A program made the translations under genes and the position numbers. The notes beneath the pieces are model-generated. The model saw nothing but the letters and a program-made list of their open reading frames with translations. It was not told the origin of the DNA and ran no database searches. Below are positions 1-9,839 of a DNA stretch of 64,000 nucleotides, piece by piece; position 1 is the stretch's first letter; each line of letters begins with the position of its first letter. The stretch comes from Candidatus Hadarchaeota archaeon. GTDB taxonomy: Archaea > Hadarchaeota > Hadarchaeia > Hadarchaeales > JAGGTB01. The stretch spans positions 37,207-101,206 of the forward strand of contig CAZEBR010000001.1 of assembly GCA_964510375.1 (NCBI GenBank). Reading direction: 5' to 3'.

Positions 1-325
1 TTACCGCGACTGGTTAGATGTTGACGGATAAATCTACTCCGTTCGTCGTATGGGTCTGAGCTGTGGTTTTCGGATATAAGCCGCGGATATGTGCGATTTT
101 CGGATACTGTAATGGGTCGGGTCGTGAAGTTTGAGGACGGTTTCGTGAAGGTATTGGCGGATCCTACGAGCGGAGAAATTTTGGGATGTGAAGTCACGGA
201 TGAGGATGCCTCAACGCTGATTCACGAAGTGATTGTTGCGGCAAGGAACGGTCTCAAAGCCCCCGAAGTTGCTGATTCCCCAATTTAAAATAAAAAGGGT
301 AGAGAAGCCCTTTTTTGGACTTCTC

Positions 326-1204
326 TCAGTATGGATCAGGTCCGGTTACGGTCGGATTGTCCGGATAGGCGGTCCACTCGGTGAACGAGCCCTCGTAGTT
401 CTTCACGTTGTCGAAACCGAAGTACCATTTGAGAAGGATGAACTCGTTGGTAGCTTCCCTCCCGGTACCGCAAGAACAGATGACCTTTTTATCCTTTGTC
501 ACGCCGTGTTCTTCAGGGATTTTCTCTAGTTCGTCCTCGGGCTTCAGAAGTTTTGGATTTTCGTCTGCCATGAGACTCTTCCATGGTAGGTTAACCGCCC
601 CCGGTATGTGCCCCGGTTTAGCCCATATGGCCTGGCCTTCGTACATCTCCGCAGGTCTCGCGTCGAGCAATATAACGTCGTCTTCATCCTTCGTTTTCTT
701 GACTTCCTCCATGTCTGCCTTGTATTCTTCGCGGACGTCGACGTCGAAATCCGATCCCTCGATTTCCGGGAATTCTTTGGTAAGTTCCTTTCCTTCATCC
801 TTCCACTTGTCGATCCCGCCGTCCAGCACGTAAACGTTATCGTGGCCAAATCGGGCTAAGGAGTAGGCTGCCATCGTCTGTTCTAGCCCGTCTCCCCATC
901 CCCGGAAGGCGCCTACGCCCGTGTAAACGACTACCGGAGTGTCCGGTTTCAACCCGACCCTCCCGGCAAGCGATTCTACCACGCTTGGAGGAACGTAAAC
1001 CCCGGGTCTGCCTTTGTAGGGGACTCTCCACAGCCTCTGATTGAAGTATACTGATCCCGGAATGTGTTCTTTTATGTAGTCGTGAATATCCGGTTGTACA
1101 TCGAGTATGTTTATTTCCTCATTGTCCAGATTATCCTCGAGCCAATCAGTGGAAACCCACTTGATTTTACCCTCTCCGGACGGATAAGGTCCTTTTTCTT
1201 TCAC
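326..1204 (-). CDS. Tandem-rhodanese sulfurtransferase (thiosulfate/3-mercaptopyruvate sulfurtransferase family)
   Basis: 292 aa with two rhodanese domains; active-site Cys loop CSCGTGREAT near C-terminus; GGAGGTGA SD 5 nt upstream of ATG. Confidence 0.8.
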   Translation of the reverse strand: MKEKGPYPSGEGKIKWVSTDWLEDNLDNEEINILDVQPDIHDYIKEHIPGSVYFNQRLWRVPYKGRPGVYVPPSVVESLAGRVGLKPDTPVVVYTGVGAFRGWGDGLEQTMAAYSLARFGHDNVYVLDGGIDKWKDEGKELTKEFPEIEGSDFDVDVREEYKADMEEVKKTKDEDDVILLDARPAEMYEGQAIWAKPGHIPGAVNLPWKSLMADENPKLLKPEDELEKIPEEHGVTKDKKVICSCGTGREATNEFILLKWYFGFDNVKNYEGSFTEWTAYPDNPTVTGPDPY

Positions 1205-1441
1205 ATTTTCACCTCCTATTGGAAAATATATAGTTAGCGGGAGAAACCGTCTCCGGTCGCCTCTCGATTTTTAGGTTACAGATTCGCTTCTTCCGAAATT
1301 CGAAATTTCTATTTAAATCTAAGAAGTTCGTCTCCCCCGTCAAATGTTTCCCATGAATGTATAAATGGGTTATAATAGTATAAATCTTCTCTGCGATTGA
1401 ATCGACGATAGAGGCCTGATCTTCGCAAGTTTTCAGATTGT

Positions 1442-2050
1442 TTAGTAGTGTACGATGTCGGCATTCTCCGGCGGCGAGAACAGGTTGTCCGGTAGGGTGG
1501 GATTGACGTCTTTCAACGTAATTGTCACGGACCAGTTTGCGTAGGAATAATCGTAGCTCCCTTCGCCTTTTTTTACCCATTCCTGTGCTTTCTCTGCGAT
1601 ATCCATGTAAACTTCACCTTGGGAAAGTGGAATTTCGGCCCAAGAATCTCCTCCCATATAAGCGTAGTAGGCGTTTTCGTCGCCGGGGTAAATCCAAATG
1701 CCCGTGCCGTCCGAACTCTCGATCCTCACTTTGGGAGTCTCGGTGTTGATTTCCTTGATCCAGTAGGAGATATCTCCTCCTAACTTTCCGTTTTCGAATC
1801 CTTTTATGTTGATTTTAGCGCTGGTTATTTCGTTTCTGCCGTTTCCTCCTCCGGAAAGAAGAAGATAACCTCCGATAAGCGCCGCAATCAGTAGTCCAAC
1901 AGTTAGTATCTTAATGGTAGGGGGTCCCGATTCCTGTTTTTCTTCTCTGGAAGAACTGCGTTTGGAGGAAAATTTACTATTTACGTTAATATATTTTCCA
2001 CACTTTGGATAGCGGATCAAACTAAAACCTGTTTTTCTATTATCTAGCAC
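1442..2050 (-). CDS. Hypothetical membrane-anchored extracytoplasmic protein
   Basis: Single N-proximal TM helix (ILTVGLLIAALIGGYLLL) followed by Gly-rich linker and soluble domain; no recognisable family; true start may be internal. Confidence 0.4.
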   Translation of the reverse strand: MLDNRKTGFSLIRYPKCGKYINVNSKFSSKRSSSREEKQESGPPTIKILTVGLLIAALIGGYLLLSGGGNGRNEITSAKINIKGFENGKLGGDISYWIKEINTETPKVRIESSDGTGIWIYPGDENAYYAYMGGDSWAEIPLSQGEVYMDIAEKAQEWVKKGEGSYDYSYANWSVTITLKDVNPTLPDNLFSPPENADIVHY

Positions 2051-2298
2051 ATAGTAATAAATATTAAAAGAAAATTCTATTTCTCAGCTCTCTTTTTTCA
2101 TATTGTGAGGGGAGATGCGAAATATTTTTTCTTGTTTCGAATGTGAAGAATAATTTCCGGAGTACGTTGATTTATCTCCCAAGTGTTGAGGGAGTTTGAG
2201 TAAGAGTTTCGAAAAAAGCTAACTTTAGATATTTTTGTCCGAAAGTGTGGAATCGATAAAAATGTAAAAGGATAAGGCACCATTGGGATTATAGAGAA

Positions 2299-3882
2299 AT
2301 GGGGGGTGATATTTTGGAAGAAAAAGTTGTAGCTAAGGTAGACGAACTTAGCGATGGCGGGATGAAGAAGGTTGAGTGCGGGGAAAAGGAGATTCTTTTG
2401 GTAAAGTTGGATGGCGAATTTCACGCACTCGGTCCGGAGTGTAGTCATTACGGAGCTCCTCTGGAAGAAGGTGTTCTAAACGAGGGAAGGATCAGGTGTC
2501 CTTGGCACCAAGCCTGCTTTGACGCTGTTTCCGGGGATATCGAAGAACCGCCTGCTTTGGATGCGATATCGGATTTCGAAACGAAGGTGAAGGGCGAGGA
2601 TGTGGTCGTCGTTCTCCCGGAGGAAGTCGAATATACCCGGGTCACCGATATGGTTTCTTATAATCCTGGAAAAGACGACAGGACTTTCTTAGTTCTGGGT
2701 GCCGGGTCTGCGGGAAATGCGGCTGCGGAGACGCTCAGACAGTCGGGCTACGAAGGGCGAATTGTGATGGTGACAAGGGAGGAGAACCTTCCTTATGATC
2801 GGCCGGATCTAAGCAAGAGGTATTTGAAAGAAAGAGTGAAACAGTCTCCGACTCTGAGGTCTAAAGAATTCTACGATAGGCACGATATAGAGGTTTTGAA
2901 GGGAAAGGAGGCAGTTGAGGTTGATTTTTCCGACAAGATAGTGGTATTCGAGGAGGGTCAAGAGTTGGAGTACGATAAGCTATTGTTGGCTACTGGAGGT
3001 AGACCCAGAAGGTTATCCGGTTCCGATCTGGATAGGATTTTCACACTCAGGACGGTCGAGGACGCCAATCGAATAAACGATGCCGCCGAGGATTCGACGA
3101 GGGTTTTGATCGTGGGTGCCAGTTTTATCGGGATGGAAACTGCCGCCAGCCTAAAGGAGAGCGGTCTTTCCGTGACCGTGGTCGCTCCCGAATCTACTCC
3201 TTTCGAGAGGACTCTCGGGAAGGAGGTTGGTCAGATGTTCGAGGAGATGCACAAGGAGAAAGGAGTCAATTTCCGACTCGGACAAAAAATCGAAAGGTTT
3301 GAAGGCGAAGAAAAGATCGAGTCCGCGGTTCTTGAGGGCGGTGAAGAGGTAAAAACCGATTTTGTGATAGCCGGGATAGGTGTAGAGCCCGCCACGGGTT
3401 TCTTGGAAGATGATGATTTGAATTCCGATGGTAGTCTTTCGGTAGATTTTAACCTGAGATTTAAGGAGGATGTCTACGCCGCTGGAGATATCGCAAGGTT
3501 TCCCGATTGGCGGACTGATGATGAGATAAGGATAGAGCACTGGAGACTCGCCCAGCAGCACGGTCGAATTGCTGCTAAAAACATGACTGGGGATGATGCT
3601 GATTATTCCAGTATTCCGTTTTTCTGGACGAGGCAGTTCGAAACGAGCTTGCAGTACGTGGGATATGTCGAGGAGTGGGACGAAGTGATATTCGACGGCG
3701 ATCCTTCGTCGCGTGACTTCGTCGGTTACTACGAAAAGGACGGAATGATTCTAGCCGCCGCTGGGCTCGGTAATTCCGCTAAGATGGTCGCTATCGCCGA
3801 GCTAATGCAGATGGATGAGATGCCTTCGCCTGAGGAGATAAAAACGGGTTCCACCGATATTACGGGTAAATTAAAGAGATAG
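2299..3882 (+). CDS. Rieske [2Fe-2S] domain fused to FAD/NAD(P)-dependent pyridine nucleotide-disulfide oxidoreductase (AIF/ferredoxin-reductase-like)
   Basis: N-terminal CSHYGAP...CPWHQACF Rieske box; two GxGxxG dinucleotide folds (LVLGAGSAGNAAAE, VLIVGASFIGMETAA); 527 aa. Confidence 0.75.
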   Translation: MGGDILEEKVVAKVDELSDGGMKKVECGEKEILLVKLDGEFHALGPECSHYGAPLEEGVLNEGRIRCPWHQACFDAVSGDIEEPPALDAISDFETKVKGEDVVVVLPEEVEYTRVTDMVSYNPGKDDRTFLVLGAGSAGNAAAETLRQSGYEGRIVMVTREENLPYDRPDLSKRYLKERVKQSPTLRSKEFYDRHDIEVLKGKEAVEVDFSDKIVVFEEGQELEYDKLLLATGGRPRRLSGSDLDRIFTLRTVEDANRINDAAEDSTRVLIVGASFIGMETAASLKESGLSVTVVAPESTPFERTLGKEVGQMFEEMHKEKGVNFRLGQKIERFEGEEKIESAVLEGGEEVKTDFVIAGIGVEPATGFLEDDDLNSDGSLSVDFNLRFKEDVYAAGDIARFPDWRTDDEIRIEHWRLAQQHGRIAAKNMTGDDADYSSIPFFWTRQFETSLQYVGYVEEWDEVIFDGDPSSRDFVGYYEKDGMILAAAGLGNSAKMVAIAELMQMDEMPSPEEIKTGSTDITGKLKR

Positions 3883-4323
3883 TTCCCACTGGCGAATAGA
3901 AAGTGCGTAAGTTGGAGAGTTGGCAATCGATATTCTGATCCAGATTAATGGGATTTCGTCGTGATTTCCATCCCCGTTTATTTTCTTTTCGTTTTTCACC
4001 ACTCCGGGATAAGTTCTCAGAAGAATCTTGAAATTTCTTGATCAAAATAAAATTGGACTAAGGAATGTTCTCTAACTGTGAATTGGCAATGTGAATATAA
4101 AGACTATTACTATTTCTGAAATTGCTTAGCTGAAATTGATAGATATTTTCGTTTCAGGTGCCAATTCGCTTATTTTTTTAAAATAAGTTTATAAAAAGGA
4201 CATAAAAGAAAATAGGGGGACGATGATAGGTTTTTCCACTTAATGTTTTTATTAAGAGCTTTCATTATCATTAGTATTAACGGAAATAGTTATTAATGAA
4301 AAACGGTAATTAAAAACGGTAGA

Positions 4324-5088
4324 ATGTCGGGGGGAGAGCAGAAAAAATTCCGTAATTTGAGGATTTTTAATGGGGCTATGGGTGTTTTGCACCTCTCTCA
4401 ATCCATTTTGATGTTTGTACTGAGTAGTGATTTTTCTTTACCTGTCCTGAATTCCTACCTCACGGGGGCTCCGGGCTCCGAGACCACGACCGAGGTGCTT
4501 TTTAATCTCAGAATTGGCCCGATGGTAGCTCTTTTTTTACTAATATCTGCGGTAGCTCATTTTCTGCTCGCTACCGTTCTGTACGAATGGTACGTGAAGA
4601 ATCTGAAAGATCATATCAATCCCCTGCGATGGGTCGAGTATTCTTTCAGTTCCTCTATAATGATAGTGGTCATCGCGATGTTGACGGGTATCCTGGAGAT
4701 AGCCGCTCTGGTTACAATCTTCATCGTCAATGCTTCGATGATTCTTTTCGGCTGGATGATGGAACTCTACAACCAGGAGACAGAGGAGACGAAGTGGACT
4801 CCGTTTGTGTTCGGGTGCATCGCCGGAATTGCCCCTTGGATAGCAATAGCTATAAGTCTCGTGACGGCACTAACGAGCGCCACGGTCAATGTTCCCACAT
4901 TTGTCATAGGAATTTTTGTCTCGATAGGTGTACTATTCAACGTATTCGCTCTGAATCAGGTCCTGCAGTACAAGAAGGTGGGGCCTTGGAGGGACTATCT
5001 TTTCGGCGAGAAAATGTACGTCGTCTTGAGCTTGGTGGCCAAATCTGCTTTGGCCTGGCAGGTCTTTGCCGGTACGCTGATAGGATAG
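4324..5088 (+). CDS. Heliorhodopsin (inverted-topology microbial rhodopsin)
   Basis: 254 aa, 7 TM. Near-identical blocks to heliorhodopsin 48C12 recalled from memory: FN..GV.HL.Q, RWVEYSxSSSxMIVxIA, NASMILFGW, FGCIAGIxPWI, YxVLSLVAKSALAWQxFxGxLI. Schiff-base Lys (K240, AAA at 5041-5043), counterion Glu in RWVEY, and both conserved His present. Confidence 0.85.
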   Translation: MSGGEQKKFRNLRIFNGAMGVLHLSQSILMFVLSSDFSLPVLNSYLTGAPGSETTTEVLFNLRIGPMVALFLLISAVAHFLLATVLYEWYVKNLKDHINPLRWVEYSFSSSIMIVVIAMLTGILEIAALVTIFIVNASMILFGWMMELYNQETEETKWTPFVFGCIAGIAPWIAIAISLVTALTSATVNVPTFVIGIFVSIGVLFNVFALNQVLQYKKVGPWRDYLFGEKMYVVLSLVAKSALAWQVFAGTLIG

Positions 5089-5173
5089 GATTATTTAAGT
5101 TTGATTTCTTTTTTTGCTAATAAAAAGGGATTTCTGTAAAGAGTTTTAAAGCCCATTTTTTCTAACTTTTTGT

Positions 5174-5959
5174 ATGCCTTCCGATAAAAAATGCGATATT
5201 GAGCTGAGAAACGTATCCAAAGTGATAGATGGAGAGACGATCATAGACGATATCAGTTGGGGAGTGGGGGAGGGCGAAAATTGGGCACTGATTGGAGCAA
5301 ACGGTGCCGGAAAGACGACCTTGATGGAGATAATCACTGGATACATGTGGCCCAGCGAGGGCCAAGTCAGGGTCCTGGGGCACGATTTTGGTGATGTGGA
5401 TTTGAGGGAGTTGCGGAAACGGATAGGATACGTGAATTCGGTTCTACTGAGTGAGGTCCCTCCCATGGACACGGTCCGGGAGATAGTACTATCCGGCAAG
5501 TTCGGCACCCTTGGTCTGTACGACGAGACTTCAGCCCGTGACCTCGATCGCGCGGAAGAGATGCTGGAAGTGATGGGATGCGCAGACCGCTCTGGGGAGA
5601 GGTTTGAGACGCTTTCTCAGGGAGAAAAACAGAAAACAATCATAGCCCGTTCCCTGATGCCCGATCCCGATCTCCTGATATTGGACGAGCCAGCCATGGG
5701 CCTCGACCCCGCCTCGAGAGAAAGTTTTCTAGAAAGAATCGAAAAAATTGCCATGATGGAAAATGGTCCCACGATGATTTACATTACGCATCATATAGAG
5801 GAGATAATCCCCGTATTTGCCCGCGTAATTGTTCTTAAGGGTGGGAGCGTTCTGACCTCAGGGGAGAGGTCGGAAGTTTTGACAGGGGAGATTTTGAGTG
5901 AAGCTTTCGACAGGGATATGGATGTCATCGAAAAGGAAGGAAGGTACGTACTTGCCTGA
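5174..5959 (+). CDS. ABC transporter ATP-binding protein
   Basis: Walker A GANGAGKTT, signature LSQGEKQ, Walker B LLILDEP, H-loop ITHH. Confidence 0.8.
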   Translation: MPSDKKCDIELRNVSKVIDGETIIDDISWGVGEGENWALIGANGAGKTTLMEIITGYMWPSEGQVRVLGHDFGDVDLRELRKRIGYVNSVLLSEVPPMDTVREIVLSGKFGTLGLYDETSARDLDRAEEMLEVMGCADRSGERFETLSQGEKQKTIIARSLMPDPDLLILDEPAMGLDPASRESFLERIEKIAMMENGPTMIYITHHIEEIIPVFARVIVLKGGSVLTSGERSEVLTGEILSEAFDRDMDVIEKEGRYVLA

Positions 5960-6057
5960 TTGTCTCTTCGCCCGTCTTTCGGCTCTTCTTTACTTTCATC
6001 TACCTCTGTCGGAAAGTCATTTTTTATTGAGAGGGAACCTTAGCCCGAAAACTTGGG

Positions 6058-8097
6058 GTGTACCCGATTAATCTGGATCCGCTTTATCTCGATTCTCTAG
6101 AATCCCTCCGCGACATTCCTGGGATAGGCCGGAAAACGGCGGAGAGGCTTAAAGATTCCTTCGGTTCCGAGGAGTCTGCTTTGGAGGAGATTCGGAATGG
6201 CGATGTCGTCTCCCTGTCCAGCGTTTCGGATCTTTCCGAGGGTGATGCCTCGAGGATCATAAAAAATGCGATTGCAGAGGAGTACCGTTCCGAGAACCCT
6301 TTGAAGACCGAATCTCTGTCGGATATTTATGGGGACTTGCTCAACAGAATCAAGGAAAGGGCAAGGACCAAGTACGGCAAAGCGAGGTTGGACATTTACT
6401 TCCCTGTGTCTTCTGAGGAGAGAATAGAGGAGGTCAGGGAGTGGGTTGACATGGCCTTGAGCGTACGGGTCGATGGAAGTATCGAGGAGAGCATGGAGCG
6501 CGTATCCACATTGAAAGTCCCCGATAGAATCCATGTGGACGACAGAATTATACTAACGGACGATCTGGGGGAGCTAGAGAGGATTCAGGAGGAGATTCCG
6601 GGGGCTCAGGTCGATCTCGTCGATGATTACAGGGAGCTGAGGGACTACGTCAGGGAGTACGAGACGATATTTGTTTTGGGTGATGAATTTTCTGGAATTG
6701 ATATCGACTCGGAGTCGATAGAAAGGATACCCGGGGGTCTAGAGGACCCCTTGGAGGTCTTCCCGGAGATAGTCCTAAATTTTTTTACCGAAAACCTGGA
6801 ATCCATCGAGAACGCCATCGAAGTCCGTAAGAGAGTTGAAGCGCCTTTTCTGGATGACATCGACGGGGAGAGAATCGAAAAAGTCGAGAATTTGCTGTCT
6901 AATCTGGCTCCCGACGGGACCGTGAAACGGGAGGAAAATATTCGAAGGCTCGAGAATGCTTTGGAAAGGATGGGTGACGTTATAGAAAGGGCGGAATCTC
7001 GGGCAAACGATAGATTCGAGAAGCTCCTCGACGATAAGGAGATAACGATCCGCGGAAGCGATCTTAGGGGCCTGGTCAAAAACGGCGGCGAGGCGGATGA
7101 CTTGATCCGATCGGAACTGGGTGATGATTTCGATCGAATAGTTGAAGAAGCCGTCGAAGAGATAGTATCAGAGCTTGATTTGGATTACGAGGAGGAGGCC
7201 ATCGCCCAAGATTTGTTTGTCCAGGGCTTGGAGCTACCCTTGGAGGCCGATAAAGAAACGGTTAGCAGGTTGAGGGACGAGCTGAGGAGAAAGCATTCGT
7301 GGAAATCCCTAGAGACGAAGACACAGGTCGCCAGAGAGCTGGAAGATTTGCAGGAGGGTGTCGAGGATTTGGTTGATAAGGTTCTCGAACTAGATGCCGC
7401 CTTGGCGGTGAAGGAGTTTACGGAGGAAAATTCTATGACGATGCCGGAGTTCGACGGTCGAGGGTTTGATTTGAAGAGTGGAAAGAACATCTTTATCGAT
7501 AATCCGGAGTCGATAGATTACAAAGTCGAGGGCGTCAGGCTATTAACGGGCGTAAACAGTGGAGGGAAAACATCGGCCTTGGATTTGGTCGCCCAGTCTT
7601 ACGTACTTGCTCATATGGGATTTCCGGTTCCGGCAGAGGAGGCCAGGATTGAGATGATGGAGGAGTTCTATTACTATAGAAATATCAAGAAGACGATGAG
7701 TAGCGGTGCGCTCGAAAATATACTGAAGAGATTTGAGCGCTTGCTAGATTCTGAAGGCTCGAAGATCGTCCTCGTGGATGAGTTGGAAAACATTACCGAA
7801 CCTGGGGCTAGCGCCAAGATAGTTTCCGGGATCCTGGATATTTTAAAGACAGACGGCAGCGTAGCGGTCTTCGTCTCCCACCTAGCGGACAAGATTATGG
7901 AGAAAGCGAACTTTGAGATTCCCGTGGACGGCATTGAACCTGAGGGTCTCGATGAGGATATGAATCTGGTCGTCGACAGGTCTCCCAAGAGGGACTTGCT
8001 TGCCACTAGCACTCCCGAACTCGTCGTGAAAAAGCTCGGTAGCCGAAGTAACTCGGAGTTTTACGACGAACTCCTAGAGAAGTTTGACGGGTCGTAG
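6058..8097 (+). CDS. MutS-family (MutS2-like) P-loop ATPase with N-terminal helix-hairpin-helix DNA-binding region
   Basis: GTG start; N-terminal IPGIGRKTAERL HhH; MutS domain-V type P-loop LTGVNSGGKTSALDLVAQSYVLAHMGFPVPA and Walker B IVLVDELE; no mismatch-recognition domain; very acidic. Confidence 0.6.
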   Translation: MYPINLDPLYLDSLESLRDIPGIGRKTAERLKDSFGSEESALEEIRNGDVVSLSSVSDLSEGDASRIIKNAIAEEYRSENPLKTESLSDIYGDLLNRIKERARTKYGKARLDIYFPVSSEERIEEVREWVDMALSVRVDGSIEESMERVSTLKVPDRIHVDDRIILTDDLGELERIQEEIPGAQVDLVDDYRELRDYVREYETIFVLGDEFSGIDIDSESIERIPGGLEDPLEVFPEIVLNFFTENLESIENAIEVRKRVEAPFLDDIDGERIEKVENLLSNLAPDGTVKREENIRRLENALERMGDVIERAESRANDRFEKLLDDKEITIRGSDLRGLVKNGGEADDLIRSELGDDFDRIVEEAVEEIVSELDLDYEEEAIAQDLFVQGLELPLEADKETVSRLRDELRRKHSWKSLETKTQVARELEDLQEGVEDLVDKVLELDAALAVKEFTEENSMTMPEFDGRGFDLKSGKNIFIDNPESIDYKVEGVRLLTGVNSGGKTSALDLVAQSYVLAHMGFPVPAEEARIEMMEEFYYYRNIKKTMSSGALENILKRFERLLDSEGSKIVLVDELENITEPGASAKIVSGILDILKTDGSVAVFVSHLADKIMEKANFEIPVDGIEPEGLDEDMNLVVDRSPKRDLLATSTPELVVKKLGSRSNSEFYDELLEKFDGS

Positions 8098-8199
8098 GCT
8101 GTTTTCTCTGAAAGTTTTTACTGCCGACGAAATGTTTAAATAGTAAATGAATATATATTCTTAACTGAAAAGAATAAATATTCAAAAAGGTGGTGAATC

Positions 8200-8565
8200 A
8201 TGCCAAGAGGAGATGGAACTGGACCGACTGGCTCAGGCCCTATGACAGGTAGATCTTTAGGCTACTGCACGGGTTCCAATACCCCAGGGTTTGCGAGTTC
8301 GGCCCCTAGGATGTCAAATGGTCCTCGTCAGGGAGCTAAAGCATCAGGTCGTGCTGATAATTCCGGTCGTGGAGCAGGTCGAGGAAGGTCGGCTGGAAGA
8401 GGATCCGGTAATTCCGGACGTGGAAGAGGACCTCGAGGACGGTCCCAGTCCCTCGGATCGGCGACCTCTCAAAGACAAGTTAACACTAATTCCAGGCAGA
8501 ATAATCCGGCCAATAATCAGCGTGCCGGGGTCGGTCGTCGTACAGGGTCGGATAACAGGAGGTGA
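8200..8565 (+). CDS. DUF5320-like protein, N-terminal part (MPRGDGTGP...GPMTGR...GYC motif plus Gly/Arg-rich low-complexity); terminated by in-frame TGA
   Basis: Conserved N-terminal motif of a family I recall as DUF5320; TTTAAATA TATA-like box and AAGGTGGTGA RBS upstream; stop TGA at 8563-8565 is immediately followed in the same frame by ATG of next ORF. Confidence 0.5.
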   Translation: MPRGDGTGPTGSGPMTGRSLGYCTGSNTPGFASSAPRMSNGPRQGAKASGRADNSGRGAGRGRSAGRGSGNSGRGRGPRGRSQSLGSATSQRQVNTNSRQNNPANNQRAGVGRRTGSDNRR

Positions 8566-8910
8566 ATGTCAATGGGACAACACGGACATAGAAACATGTT
8601 TTACGCAACCGGTTTACCCGGATGGATGAGGTTCGGATACAGTCCCGGATGGGGTGGAATGCCCCCTTGCGCGCAGTACTTAGAACGGACGGAAAGGTTG
8701 TCCGAGGCCGTAGATTGGTTTAATCAGCAGACGGATGTCCAACCCAATCAGACGATTCAGGCAGATGTTTCCTATTCTCCTGCGTCTCAATCCCGGAGTT
8801 CGGAGCAAACTTCGGCGGATCAAGGGATTCAAGAACTGGAAGGCCGACTGAACGCTCTCAAAGATCGGATCGAACAAATCAGGGAAAAGCTCGAACAGTT
8901 GAAAGAATGA
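8566..8910 (+). CDS. DUF5320-like protein, C-terminal part (Gly/Pro/aromatic-rich region plus C-terminal coiled coil)
   Basis: Same frame as 8200-8565 and contiguous with it; GLPGWMRFGYSPGWGG mid-region and ELEGRLNALKDRIEQIREKLEQLKE coiled coil match the usual C-terminal half of this family. Confidence 0.45.
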   Translation: MSMGQHGHRNMFYATGLPGWMRFGYSPGWGGMPPCAQYLERTERLSEAVDWFNQQTDVQPNQTIQADVSYSPASQSRSSEQTSADQGIQELEGRLNALKDRIEQIREKLEQLKE

Positions 8911-9025
8911 CACTGGGGGATTCGTGAATGATAAGATTAATTGTAGCCGGCCAGAATGGCCGTTTGAAGGAAAGGTCCGTTTGAATAGACATGAAAAATC
9001 GGGGATGGGCTGAAGAATTTGAAAA

Positions 9026-9430
9026 ATGTTCAATCTTGCAAAAGTTGGTGGTGTTGTGAAAGTAGCGAGTAGTGCGGAAGGGCAGAGCTTGGACAGCCAA
9101 GTAAGTCCGGTTTTTGGACGATGTCAATGTTTCGTCATAGTGGGCTTGGAGGACGACAAAATAAAAAATAGCTATTGTCTTGAAAATGCGGCTGCCAGCG
9201 AATATAGCGGAGCGGGGACTGAGGCCGCTCAGATTGTCGGTGATGAGGAAACGGATGTCGTGATTTCAGGCTCCGTGGGGCCCAAGGCCTTTTCTGCCTT
9301 GAAACAGCGAAATATCCGTGTGTATAGGGGCAAGCCGGGCACAGTGAGAGAGAACATCGATAAACTTTCCAGAGGGGAACTGGAGGTAGTGGATTCCCCC
9401 ACCGGGTCCCCCCACATGGGACTCGATTAG
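9026..9430 (+). CDS. Dinitrogenase FeMo-cofactor-binding domain protein (NifX/NafY/NifB-C-terminal-like, PF02579-type)
   Basis: Family pattern VKVASS.G...VSPVFGRC..FVIV...D......GAG...A.IV....DVVISGSVGPKA...L....I.VY; probable alternative GTG start at 9056 with GGTGGTG RBS. Confidence 0.7.
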   Translation: MFNLAKVGGVVKVASSAEGQSLDSQVSPVFGRCQCFVIVGLEDDKIKNSYCLENAAASEYSGAGTEAAQIVGDEETDVVISGSVGPKAFSALKQRNIRVYRGKPGTVRENIDKLSRGELEVVDSPTGSPHMGLD

Positions 9431-9495
9431 TAATAAATCGGAAGAATCTGATTTCAAATTAATTAAGGTGTAAACACCTTATATACTGGAGGTCG

Positions 9496-9792
9496 TTGGA
9501 AGGAATGCCTAGACGTAGGAGAAGGAGAAGAGTCGGTTTTCGACCCAATCGGAAATACTTTGGTCCCGGACGAGGAAGGGCCAGCGACGAGGTGGTGATG
9601 AGGGTGGAGGAGCTAGAAGCTATCAGACTGAAGGACGGAGAGGGGTTTTCCCAGGTCGAGTCCGCGGAAAAGATGGATGTCTCTCAGCCGACTTTTTCTA
9701 GGATACTGGAGTCTGCTAGGCAGAAGGTAGCGGACGCTCTGGTAAACGGCAAGGCCCTTCGGATAGAGGGCGGGGACTATGAGGTTGTTTGA
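9496..9792 (+). CDS. DUF134 (UPF0251) family putative DNA-binding protein
   Basis: N-terminal [24 protein letters not shown] motif and C-terminal sigma-70 region-4-like HTH ([51 protein letters not shown]). Confidence 0.65.
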   Translation: MEGMPRRRRRRRVGFRPNRKYFGPGRGRASDEVVMRVEELEAIRLKDGEGFSQVESAEKMDVSQPTFSRILESARQKVADALVNGKALRIEGGDYEVV

Positions 9793-9839
9793 ATCGAAGG
9801 GAAATCCAATTATTTATTAATCTGTATAAATAGTGCGAG

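Noticed and set aside
1209-1580. 123-aa minus-strand ORF
   Set aside because: Overlaps the 1442-2050 CDS out of frame and runs through the rhodanese upstream/RBS region; basic low-complexity translation. Spurious.
4587-5120. 177-aa ORF overlapping heliorhodopsin in another frame
   Set aside because: Out-of-frame overlap with a strongly supported CDS; translation has no recognisable features.
8563-8565. In-frame TGA considered as selenocysteine codon
   Set aside because: Context (RR-TGA-MSMGQ in a low-complexity Gly/Arg region) has no resemblance to selenoprotein active sites, and this family is not known to contain Sec. Retained only as a low-probability alternative in the finding.
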